DNA of 18,217 bases, from UHGV virus genome UHGV-0816550; one strand, given 5' to 3'. The position numbers and the translations under genes are program-made. Positions 7,558-16,274 of the stretch are shown here, piece by piece (positions within the stretch are counted from its first letter, which is position 1; every line of letters begins with the position of its first letter). Under the pieces are notes generated by a model, which ran no database searches, was not told where the DNA came from, and saw only the letters and a program-made list of their open reading frames with translations. Source of the stretch: a virus.

Positions 7558-10500
7558 ATGGCGCTGTATCCAATAAAGTCACTAGGTGCTGTAGGCGTTA
7601 TCGCTGATCAGGCTCCGACAGACTTAGCTCCTAATGCTTTCACTAATGCTATAAATGCTCGATTTGTTGAGCAGAGAGTATTTAAGACGGGGGGCAATGC
7701 CCCTCTTTCTTATGTAGATGAAGATAAGGATTTAACCCCTCTGTCTTTCGTTTCTATGCCTTTCGATTATTATAGCGCAGGTAATAGCTTTCTTGTTGTA
7801 GGTACTAATAAGAAGTTATATAAACTGACAGATGAAAGCTTGACTGATATTAGCCGTAAGGTTGCTACAGTCACTAAGAAGGCTTCTGCCTCAATTAAGA
7901 TTTATCCAGTTGTTTCTCAGATCGTTCCTAAAGAATCAACTATCTCAATGAACTTCAATCAGACCAAGAATCTAGAGGTTTCTCTTCTCCCTGCTGATGC
8001 TAACAATACCGATCTTATTTGGGAGGTTAGTAACTCATCCTATGGAAGTATTACGGTAGACCCTAGTGACTCTAAACTTGCTACTCTAACATCTTTTGAG
8101 AAAGAGGGTAATCTTGTAGTAACTATCTCTACTGCCAATGAATCCGTAGTGGCTCAGATTGCTGTTAATATTATCGATGGCGATTCAGGCATCTTCTTGA
8201 GTCAAGACACTGTTACAATTCGTAAAGGAGGGACTACTACTCTCACGGCTGTTACTGGCAAGACTCCTGTAACTTGGTCCAGCAATAACGCTTCTATTGT
8301 ATCTGTAACCCCTAATGCCAACTCTTTAACTGCTGTCATTACAGCGAATGGAGAAGGTAATGTAACAATCACTGCTGATAACGGGACTAAGACTGCTTCT
8401 TGTGAGATTGTTTCTATCCCTCAGATTGATAGTATCTCTTTAAGCCAGTCAGATGTTACTGTGAGTAGAGGTTCTCAGTATATTTTAACTGCCACCCTTT
8501 CTCCTGCTAACGCCCCTAATCAAAACATTACTTGGACCTCTTCTAACCCAAATATTGCAACAGTATCAGGGACTAGCACACAAGGGACGATCAACGCTCT
8601 GCTTGCTGGTTTTACTGAGATTACAGCTACCACTGAAGAAGGTAACAGAGTTGCTGTCTGTACTGTACGTGTGGATTTAGCTGGAAGGACAATGAGAACA
8701 AGTGCTATGGCATTTGCCGCTCCTGTGTCAGAGTCAGTAGAAACTCAAGAGGAAGAAGTAGTAACTCCTCCTGAAAGTGAAGAGACGGTTTATTTTGCTG
8801 AGCCTACATCCGGTATTGATACGTCAGGGATGTATGAAGGTAACAACTTCTACGACTACTCTAACGTGAATGACATTGAAGGTTTTGCAAGAGCTTCTTT
8901 ACTGGCAACCCCTTTGTCGTCTGTAACCTTAGATATTGTCAGCGCCTCCCTTGATGTTGGTGAAGAGATTGTCATTACAGCCACAGCTTCTCCAGAAGGT
9001 GAGTACTCTTATCAGTGGTCTGTTGATAAAACTGGTTATGTTTCTACAACTTCAGTTACTGGTAAATCTATCAAACTGGTTGCTCTTCGTAAAGGAGAGA
9101 TTAACGTAACATGTACTGTCAGCCAGATGACTCAGAAAGATTATGATGCTTTTGATGACTACCCTTGGTATCACGCTGTTATCTCTAACTGTGCAGTTGC
9201 TACAACTCACTATGAAACTCCTCAGGTAAAAGAATTCGAATCAGAATACTTTGTAGACCTCCCGGGGTGGGGTGAGCAAACAGTTGTTGATAATGATGGA
9301 AACCCTTCAGTCAAGAAGTTTAACTGGAAATGTGAGAGAGTGAGATCTTTTAACAACCGTCTTTTTGCTCTGAATATGAGAGAGGCTAATGCTTCTGGTG
9401 TTACCACTAACTATCCGCTTCGTCTTCGTTGGTCTAACTTTGCCAATGAGAACAAGGCTCCTACACTGTGGGATGACTTTGCCTATGATCGAGTTGTGTC
9501 TTCGGACTTAGCTTCTAACATCGTAGGGCAGACTCAGGCTCTAGAGAATGGGTATGCTGGTTACATCGACTTAGCAGATTCTAATGGTAGCTTGATTGAT
9601 ATCCTACCTCTTAAAGACTACTTGTTTGTTTATACAGAGTTTGAAACGTATATTGGTTCTCCGACTAATAACACATACCAACCTCTGATGTTCAAGAAGC
9701 TCTTTAACGACTCTGGTATCCTTGCTCCCGAGTGTGTGGTTGAAGTAGAAGGCAGTCACTTCGTAGTTACTCAGAACGATGTAATCTTACACAATGGCGC
9801 AACCAAGAAGTCAATTGCATCTAACCGTGTCAAGAACATGCTGATTAACGAGGTGTGTCTGGTTAATCCTCTAGCAACTCGAGTACACTTGCATCAGGAT
9901 AAGAAAGAAGTTTGGGTTCTGTATGTAGGTCCGGGAGAACCAAAAGAAAGCTTCGCTTGCACCAAAGCTGCTGTATGGAATTATGAGTTTGATACCTGGT
10001 CTTTCCGTACTATCCCATATGCTCAGTGTATTGGTCTGGTTGATCCTCCTGTTTTAGAAAGAGGTCCAATCTGGTCTGACTTCCAAGAAATCACTTGGGA
10101 TGATCCGTCTATTAAAGAACTCGTTTGGAGAAAGGATGCAACAAACTTTAGACAGAGGGTTACGATAGTAGGTTCGTTCTTGAGGGGATTCTATCAGGTG
10201 GATGTAGGTGCTCTTGATTATTTCTATGACAGGCTAAACGATGTTGTTATAGAGAAGCCTCTGGAAATGAGGTTGGAGAGGACTGGTATAGATTTTGATA
10301 ATGTGACGAATGAGTGGAATCAGAAGCATATTAATAGATTCCGACCTCAGACAACTGGCTCAGGTACTTACATATTTGAAGCTGGTGGCAGTCAATTCTC
10401 AAATGAATATGGACACCCACATACATCTAAGACTTATACAATCGGTGTTGACAGGCATGTCTCGGTGAGACTGAACCATCCATACCTTTTCTATAATGTT

Positions 10501-10575
10501 ATAGATAATGATGTTAACAGTAATGCTGCTATCAATGGTTTGACGATAGAGTTTGCTGTTGGCGGGCGGAGATAA
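7558..10575 (+). CDS. Large virion structural protein (1005 aa) with four internal Ig-like (Big_2-type) domains
   Basis: ATG 7558 with AAGGAGG at 7547-7553. Four roughly 80-aa repeats between about 7903 and 9120 with the Big_2 pattern (for example TISMNFNQTKNLEVSLLPADANNTDLIWEVSNSSYGSITVD; VTIRKGGTTTLTAVTGKTPVTWSSNNASIVSV; VTVSRGSQYILTATLSPANAPNQNITWTSSNPNIATV). Flanking N- and C-terminal regions not recognised. Confidence 0.8.
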   Translation: MALYPIKSLGAVGVIADQAPTDLAPNAFTNAINARFVEQRVFKTGGNAPLSYVDEDKDLTPLSFVSMPFDYYSAGNSFLVVGTNKKLYKLTDESLTDISRKVATVTKKASASIKIYPVVSQIVPKESTISMNFNQTKNLEVSLLPADANNTDLIWEVSNSSYGSITVDPSDSKLATLTSFEKEGNLVVTISTANESVVAQIAVNIIDGDSGIFLSQDTVTIRKGGTTTLTAVTGKTPVTWSSNNASIVSVTPNANSLTAVITANGEGNVTITADNGTKTASCEIVSIPQIDSISLSQSDVTVSRGSQYILTATLSPANAPNQNITWTSSNPNIATVSGTSTQGTINALLAGFTEITATTEEGNRVAVCTVRVDLAGRTMRTSAMAFAAPVSESVETQEEEVVTPPESEETVYFAEPTSGIDTSGMYEGNNFYDYSNVNDIEGFARASLLATPLSSVTLDIVSASLDVGEEIVITATASPEGEYSYQWSVDKTGYVSTTSVTGKSIKLVALRKGEINVTCTVSQMTQKDYDAFDDYPWYHAVISNCAVATTHYETPQVKEFESEYFVDLPGWGEQTVVDNDGNPSVKKFNWKCERVRSFNNRLFALNMREANASGVTTNYPLRLRWSNFANENKAPTLWDDFAYDRVVSSDLASNIVGQTQALENGYAGYIDLADSNGSLIDILPLKDYLFVYTEFETYIGSPTNNTYQPLMFKKLFNDSGILAPECVVEVEGSHFVVTQNDVILHNGATKKSIASNRVKNMLINEVCLVNPLATRVHLHQDKKEVWVLYVGPGEPKESFACTKAAVWNYEFDTWSFRTIPYAQCIGLVDPPVLERGPIWSDFQEITWDDPSIKELVWRKDATNFRQRVTIVGSFLRGFYQVDVGALDYFYDRLNDVVIEKPLEMRLERTGIDFDNVTNEWNQKHINRFRPQTTGSGTYIFEAGGSQFSNEYGHPHTSKTYTIGVDRHVSVRLNHPYLFYNVIDNDVNSNAAINGLTIEFAVGGRR

Positions 10576-10579
10576 CAAC

Positions 10580-10608
10580 AAGGGGCTTCGTGCCCCTTTT
10601 ATTGTTTT
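10580..10608 (+). terminator. Rho-independent terminator-like hairpin AAGGGGC-TTCGT-GCCCCTT followed by a U-rich tract
   Basis: 7-bp GC-rich stem at 10580-10586 / 10592-10598, then TTATTGTTTT; lies 5 nt after the TAA stop at 10573-10575 and before the next gene's GGAGGA site. Confidence 0.6.
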
Positions 10609-10618
10609 GGAGGAACTT

Positions 10619-11587
10619 ATGGGTGCAGGTGGTTTTCGTAAGAATACTGGTCGCAACAATACCACACTCCCGTACAACGTTGGGTTTCTCAATAATGTAC
10701 AGGACACAGAAACATATAACGTAGCCGTATATGATGAGCTACAAAAAGTCAGTACAGCTACTAACCAAATGTTCCAAGCTATAGATGAAATTCACGAAGA
10801 GATTGATGTTCGTATTAAAGCTCTTAATGCAATGAATCTACAATTTGATGAGCTTGAGAATAGAATTACTACAGAGATAGAAACAGCTATTGCAGATATC
10901 CAAACCCAGATGGGGAACCTGTCCACTGAGGATATTTGGGATAATTCTGTTCAACCTCCTGTGAAGCTGGAAAGCACTGTATCTGGTTTTAAGACTAGCA
11001 TCGAAGGTAACACAACTAAGATTCAGACAGTAGAAGGTATTGTTAACGATCAAGGTCAAGAGATTGCTCTTGTTCAGACAGAACTGCAAAATATCAACGG
11101 AAGCCTTTCTCAGTATATGAAACTCTCTGAGTATGAAGCTACGTGGGGTGTTAACTCTACAGTCAACGGAAGATATGCTGGGGTCAAGTTAACTAACAAC
11201 GGAACAAACAGTCAATTCCAAGTAACAGCTAACAAATTTATTGTTGGTGATGGCAGCTCTGGGAATACTCCCTTCGTATTTGAGGGTGGGCGAGCTAGGA
11301 TGGAATTCGCTGATATAAAGAATGTCAATATCACAACAGCTCAGATTGCTAACGCTAGAATCCAATGGGCACAGATTGATAACGTATCCATCTCCAACGC
11401 CCAGATTCAGAACTTGTCAGCGGATAAGATTACTGCTGGTTCTATGTGGGGTTCTAACTGGAGACTTACTGTTGGTGGTGACTTTGTTATGGGTGGTACA
11501 GGTGGAGCGCAGTTGTGGATGAATGGTAACAGAATAGACTTCTATGATGGAAGTGGTGCTCTTAGAATCAGGATAGGGAGTTGGTAA
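10619..11587 (+). CDS. Tail protein (322 aa) with coiled-coil region and J-like beta-repeat C-terminal domain
   Basis: ATG 10619 with GGAGGA at 10609-10614; the ORF-track start at 10553 is a TTG inside the previous gene and terminator. Heptad-like central region; C-terminal repeats NITTAQIANARIQWAQIDNVSISNAQIQNLSADKITAGS resemble tail tip / host-specificity protein repeats. Confidence 0.75.
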   Translation: MGAGGFRKNTGRNNTTLPYNVGFLNNVQDTETYNVAVYDELQKVSTATNQMFQAIDEIHEEIDVRIKALNAMNLQFDELENRITTEIETAIADIQTQMGNLSTEDIWDNSVQPPVKLESTVSGFKTSIEGNTTKIQTVEGIVNDQGQEIALVQTELQNINGSLSQYMKLSEYEATWGVNSTVNGRYAGVKLTNNGTNSQFQVTANKFIVGDGSSGNTPFVFEGGRARMEFADIKNVNITTAQIANARIQWAQIDNVSISNAQIQNLSADKITAGSMWGSNWRLTVGGDFVMGGTGGAQLWMNGNRIDFYDGSGALRIRIGSW

Positions 11588-11588
11588 T

Positions 11589-12620
11589 ATGGCATATGGA
11601 ATATGGACACAACCAGTAGGGCCGGGGCCAGCAACCCCCGCTCCCTTATTTATTGATAGCGGAAGTACTTTCCCTCAGTTCAAGAATAGTATAAGAGGGA
11701 GTTTTAACTTTAATGGAGCTGGGAGATCTTTCCCTATTAGTGGATGGGATGGCAGTGGTCAGATAGTTATTGTTCCCACCGGTTCTTTATGCTGGCAATG
11801 GGAAGTCCCTCCTAACCTAGTTCCTGATGTTTATTGTGTGAATAATATCTACGTAGAAAACAGTTCCTCTTTTAGAGTTACTCTGAATCAGAACCCCGGC
11901 AGTAACCCCTTATTTGACTGTGGGTTCAACGTATATCAAATATGGCCTAGAGCGGATAGGAATTACGGAATTACCTTTTCTAATACAGCAGACTACTTCT
12001 CGATATCTGATAGTGGGGTCGTCGGTCAATGTATTTGGGCTTGGCAGGGGACCATAAACAATGCCCTTCAGATACCAAATATCGGTGGGTTCAATATGAC
12101 CAATGCTGTTGTGTTTGCTAATTGGTCTGATGGAGGGATAGGACTATCTTATACTTCTGATGACAGGGTTATTCGTGTTTATCAGAACAGACCTTACATA
12201 AACGGCAACACTAATGAGGGTGGTTCTGTGTTTGCTAGAATTGCAGTATTCTGCAATGGAGCAGGAGTTCCGGAACATAACGGAGGTTTGAATATTTACT
12301 CTCCGGGTACCACGCAATGTGTCTTCTCTACTAATAGAACACCTTTCACTGTGGATACTTTTATAGGCTCAGGAGGTGGTAACACTGGAATGTCATACCC
12401 TATGATACCTCTTACCTCTGGAATAGGTGCGATAAAAGGCCAAGGCAGTGGATGGAGGTATCAGCAAATGAGATCTCACACAATGAGTGGTTCTAGCATA
12501 GGAACTGGTTATGGAAGATATCTATTTCAATGGGATCAAAATTACGACCTAGGAGCTGATACTGTAGTTAATTTATCAGTTCCTGTAATAAATGCAGCTA
12601 AGGTTTTTGCTGGACTATAA
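11589..12620 (+). CDS. Hypothetical virion protein (343 aa), Gly/Asn/Trp-rich
   Basis: ATG 11589 lies 1 nt after the TAA of the previous gene (TAATATG), suggesting translational coupling. Long ORF with composition like neighbouring structural genes; no family motif recognised. Confidence 0.7.
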   Translation: MAYGIWTQPVGPGPATPAPLFIDSGSTFPQFKNSIRGSFNFNGAGRSFPISGWDGSGQIVIVPTGSLCWQWEVPPNLVPDVYCVNNIYVENSSSFRVTLNQNPGSNPLFDCGFNVYQIWPRADRNYGITFSNTADYFSISDSGVVGQCIWAWQGTINNALQIPNIGGFNMTNAVVFANWSDGGIGLSYTSDDRVIRVYQNRPYINGNTNEGGSVFARIAVFCNGAGVPEHNGGLNIYSPGTTQCVFSTNRTPFTVDTFIGSGGGNTGMSYPMIPLTSGIGAIKGQGSGWRYQQMRSHTMSGSSIGTGYGRYLFQWDQNYDLGADTVVNLSVPVINAAKVFAGL

Positions 12621-12632
12621 CAAGGAGATATT

Positions 12633-13415
12633 ATGGCAATTAAAATGGGTATTGAAGAACTAGACCCAATGGTTCAACAGGCTTCAAAGAAGTATGGGAT
12701 TCCTGCTGCTTTGATTCATGCTGTAATCCAAAGAGAGTCTAGTGGTCGTCCTACGGTAGCCTCTGGAACTGGTCCTGTAGGTTTAATGCAGATCAGTAAA
12801 GGGTTGGCTAAAGACTACGGTTACAAACTAGAAGACAGACTTGACCCAGCAAAGAATATTGATATGGGTGCTCGTTATATTAGAGATAACTTAAAGGCTT
12901 TTAATGGTGATGTTAAGAAAGCAATGGTTGGTTATTCAGAAGGTATAGGTGGAGCTAAGCAAATGTTTGCCGGTAAAAAGGGATTTACACCTCAAGCCCT
13001 TGACTCAATGAACAACAAACACTTTCTTCCTTTCTATGATGATGCAGCTTCTCAGATTGCTAACCCTATTGGAGCTTTGCAAGCTGTTCAACCAGTCAAT
13101 CAGTTTAGTCCGGATACTCTTGATAGGGAGAAGGCTGCTCAAGCCCCAACTCAGGCAGAAATTACTGCTTCTAAGACTGGTGCTTTAGGTGGCAATCCAG
13201 TAGAGTTTTACTCTGATGAAGTGCAGGAAGGAGAAAACCAGAAGCCTCAACAGAACTTTGGTAATGCAGTATTAGGGGTAGCTGCTATGCTTGCCGGTAA
13301 ACCTCCTACTTCTCAAACAGTTCAGAGGGCAAGTGCACCACATGCAGCAGGTTCTCAGTACAGTCCACAAACACAAGCAGTGCTCAGACGTTTAGCTAGC
13401 ATTGGTGTAAAGTAA
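12633..13415 (+). CDS. Virion-associated lytic transglycosylase (SLT-domain) protein, 260 aa
   Basis: ATG 12633 with AAGGAG at 12623-12627. N-terminal signature AVIQRESSGRPTVASGTGPVGLMQIS, with the candidate catalytic Glu35 at codon 12735-12737; placed beside putative ejection proteins, as with peptidoglycan-cutting internal virion proteins. Confidence 0.8.
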   Translation: MAIKMGIEELDPMVQQASKKYGIPAALIHAVIQRESSGRPTVASGTGPVGLMQISKGLAKDYGYKLEDRLDPAKNIDMGARYIRDNLKAFNGDVKKAMVGYSEGIGGAKQMFAGKKGFTPQALDSMNNKHFLPFYDDAASQIANPIGALQAVQPVNQFSPDTLDREKAAQAPTQAEITASKTGALGGNPVEFYSDEVQEGENQKPQQNFGNAVLGVAAMLAGKPPTSQTVQRASAPHAAGSQYSPQTQAVLRRLASIGVK

Positions 13416-13434
13416 TAATCTTTAAGGAGGACTT

Positions 13435-14487
13435 ATGTCTTTATTTGGAAAATCAGCTTCTAGCAAAACCACAGTGGCCCCTTCCTCTCAGGTTGATGCC
13501 CTGCTGAAGCAGATTGTTGCTAATGCTCAGAATATGCAGAACAACGATCCGGGATTCATCTCCCAACAGCTGGCTGGGTTTAATGGCAACCAACAAGGTG
13601 CTCTGAACAACTTAGCAGCTTCTACTACTCAGAAGCAATTGGCTGATATGTACACGCCTCGTACACAGCAAGGGTTGGACCAATTAAACTCTCTTGCACA
13701 GCAGTATCAGAATATTGTCAATGGTGGTGGTCTAACTGCTGATGGTGTTAATAACTTCAGTAAAGGATTGAATAACTCAGCTCTTGCTCAAGCGACTAGT
13801 AAGGCAGCTTCCAATGTATCCCTCGGAAATGGTTCTGACTCTGGTTCTCTTCGTAGGGCTGCGGCTCAAGGGGCTGCTTTGAACAGTGCTAATACAAACT
13901 TAGCCCGTACTATCAGTGGCAAGAATATGGGAATCAGTGCTCTCCAACAAGACCAAAACTTTCAGAGGGGTTTACTTGGTGCTCAGTCAGGATTGGCTGG
14001 ACAGAATCTCAACCTTGGTGCTCAAGGTGTTCAGGCAACTCAACAAGCTATCCAGAATCAACTCATGGCTGGTAATCTACAACAGCAACAAGCCCAAGCT
14101 CAAGCTGATATTAATTGGCAGAACGCTATTGGCTCTCAACAGTATGGGTGGAATCAGCTTAACAATCAGCTTAATGTATTAAACAGTGTAAGTCCAATGG
14201 CTGGGTACACGATTAAGAATGCTGCTCCGGGAGTCAATACTGGACAACAGCTCCTAGGTGCTGGTATCACTGGTTTAGGTATTGCAGGTCGTATGGGTGC
14301 TTTCTCTCCTAACCAACAGACTCAGAATGCTTGGAGTTCCTATAACAACTCAGGTGGGCAATCTGGAATGGCTGGACCTATGATTGGAGGTTCTAATCTT
14401 TCTCAACAGAGAGGTCAGTCTAACTGGTTATCCACAGCAGGTAGTAATATCTTAGGTGGTGTCTTAGGGGCATTTGGAGTAAACTAA
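13435..14487 (+). CDS. Q/N/G-rich low-complexity virion protein (350 aa) with C-terminal glycine-zipper segment; putative ejection/internal protein
   Basis: ATG 13435 with AAGGAGG at 13425-13431. Strongly biased composition (poly-Q, N, G, A, S) and a C-terminal small-residue hydrophobic segment (GSNILGGVLGAFGV). Confidence 0.75.
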   Translation: MSLFGKSASSKTTVAPSSQVDALLKQIVANAQNMQNNDPGFISQQLAGFNGNQQGALNNLAASTTQKQLADMYTPRTQQGLDQLNSLAQQYQNIVNGGGLTADGVNNFSKGLNNSALAQATSKAASNVSLGNGSDSGSLRRAAAQGAALNSANTNLARTISGKNMGISALQQDQNFQRGLLGAQSGLAGQNLNLGAQGVQATQQAIQNQLMAGNLQQQQAQAQADINWQNAIGSQQYGWNQLNNQLNVLNSVSPMAGYTIKNAAPGVNTGQQLLGAGITGLGIAGRMGAFSPNQQTQNAWSSYNNSGGQSGMAGPMIGGSNLSQQRGQSNWLSTAGSNILGGVLGAFGVN

Positions 14488-14499
14488 AGGAGATTTGAT

Positions 14500-15469
14500 A
14501 TGGGACTTTTCGGAGGAGGGGGTAGTAAAACTACTTCCCAAATGATTCGCCCTGAATATATTCAACAGTATATTGACCAGCTTAACCAGCAGATTGGTAA
14601 TACTAGTTCTAGGGGATTATGTCTATCGTGACAACGTAGGATTTAATAACAACCAGACAGAAGCCCTTAATAATTTGGCTCAATCCGGTGCTTTAGGGAC
14701 TCTCTCGCAGCAATATATGGATGCAGCAGGTCAAGGGTTGGGTTATCTGGATAATGCCTATAAAGGCTACCAGAGCCTCTCTGGACAAGGTGGGATTACT
14801 GGAGAACAGATTGGTGCTCTCGCTGGTCAACTGTATGACGATGATGCTGTGCAAGCAGCCATTACCGCTAATAATGAACAGGTTCAACAGAACTTGGCAC
14901 GTAATGCTCTTCCTCAATTAGCTCAACAGTTTGCTGGTCAGCAAGGTTCAGGTGCTCGTATGGCTAAATCTTTTGCCCAAGGTGATGCTCTGAATCAGAT
15001 GCAAGGCCAAGCAACAGATATTACCAACAGTGCCTATAACTCGGCTATTAGCCAAGCTGAAAGCATCCTCTCTGGTAATAGACAGAATCAAGCAGCTGCT
15101 CTCTCAGGTCTTTCTAATATTGGTTCTAACCTTTCTAACCTAGGTCAGCAGGGTGCTAATTTGTCTCAACAGCAAATAATGAATCAATGGAATGCAGGAT
15201 TGCAGCAACAACAGCAACAACAGAATGAATATGATAATGCCTACCAGAATGCTCAGAACGCAGCTAATTGGGGATGGCAAGATATCAATAACCAACTCGG
15301 TGCAGCAGGTGTACTTAACGGTGCTCTCGGACAAACTACAACTACTAAAACATCTGGAGGTAGGGGTGGCTTCTTAGGAGGGGGTATGAGTGGTGCAGCA
15401 GCAGGCTCTTCCTTTGGACCTTGGGGTGCATTAGCTGGGGGTGTAATCGGTGGGTTGGCTAGTACTTAA
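14500..15469 (+). CDS. Q/N/G-rich paralogue of the preceding protein, interrupted by an apparent +1 frame change near the G4 run at 14612-14615 (sequencing indel, pseudogene or recoding)
   Basis: ATG 14500 with AAGGAG at 14487-14492 opens a frame that stops at TGA 14629-14631 after 43 codons. The long downstream frame (open from 14546 to 15469) has no ATG start with a ribosome-binding site. Both parts align to the upstream paralogue (MSLFGKSASSKTT vs MGLFGGGGSKTT; GFNGNQQGALNNL vs GFNNNQTEALNNL) only if one base is removed. Confidence 0.6.
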
Positions 15470-15482
15470 TTAGGAGACAAAT

Positions 15483-16274
15483 ATGCAACAGACAACTTAC
15501 GCTCAGGTCAGAAGTCGTGACCCGAGAAATACTTTCTATGGTGTTAATCCGGGAGCGGCTTCGGCCTCTCCTTATATGGCTAGACCAACTCAGACAGCAG
15601 ATATTTCTATGTATCAACGTCCTGCTATACCTGCTGGGCTTTCCTCTCTTGTAGGTCAAACTTCAGTAGATTATCAGAATATGTTGAATCCTGTTCAGAG
15701 TAATGGTCTTCCTTCTGATATCCCAAATGATGTACAACCTCAAGCACAACAGGCTGTAACTCTTCCTGAGTTTGAGAATCAAGAAACCATGCAAGCTGCT
15801 GGACTTTCTCCTTCTTCTATTCCTCCAGAATCAGAACCTCTTCCGGTAACACCTCCTACTAAACCGTTAGAAGCTGGTCCTATGGAGTTTACTCCTTCTC
15901 AGGTGGAACAGGCACAAGGTGTGATTAATACTCTTGCTCAAGGACAAGACGCTGGTGATGGAATGACTGCTGCTACTCGTGCTAAAGATCAGGAACGTGT
16001 TAACAACGATATCTTGCAAGTTGCTAAAGCTAAAAATCCTTCAGAAGCTTGGAATAAACTACAGAAAGAACCTTTCTATCAGAACTCCAGTTTCTATACA
16101 GGTTTAATGGGTGTAGGTCTTTCTATCATGTCAGGTAAGTCTCCTATTGAAGCTTTCCAGATTGGTCAGGGAATGGCTAATCAAGATGAGACTAAGAAGC
16201 AACTGGAAGCTAACCGTGATGCTCTGATTGAACAAGGCTTCTCCCAAGACTCGATCGCAGCTGCTATTGCTTAA
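15483..16274 (+). CDS. Hypothetical virion/ejection-associated protein (263 aa) with Pro-rich linker and C-terminal hydrophobic segment
   Basis: ATG 15483 with AGGAG at 15473-15477. Pro/Ser-rich linker (SPSSIPPESEPLPVTPPTKPLEAGP) and hydrophobic FYTGLMGVGLSIMSG near the C-terminus; no family motif recognised. Confidence 0.65.
   Translation: MQQTTYAQVRSRDPRNTFYGVNPGAASASPYMARPTQTADISMYQRPAIPAGLSSLVGQTSVDYQNMLNPVQSNGLPSDIPNDVQPQAQQAVTLPEFENQETMQAAGLSPSSIPPESEPLPVTPPTKPLEAGPMEFTPSQVEQAQGVINTLAQGQDAGDGMTAATRAKDQERVNNDILQVAKAKNPSEAWNKLQKEPFYQNSSFYTGLMGVGLSIMSGKSPIEAFQIGQGMANQDETKKQLEANRDALIEQGFSQDSIAAAIA

Noticed and set aside
10553-10618. Upstream start at 10553 for the 322-aa tail protein
   Set aside because: It is a TTG inside the preceding gene and would span the terminator hairpin; ATG 10619 has a GGAGGA site at the right spacing.
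14573-14575. TTG at 14573 as an independent start for the second Q/N-rich gene
   Set aside because: No ribosome-binding site, and the upstream ATG-initiated frame aligns to the paralogue's N-terminus; a frame disruption explains the data better, although an annotation pipeline might call 14573-15469.
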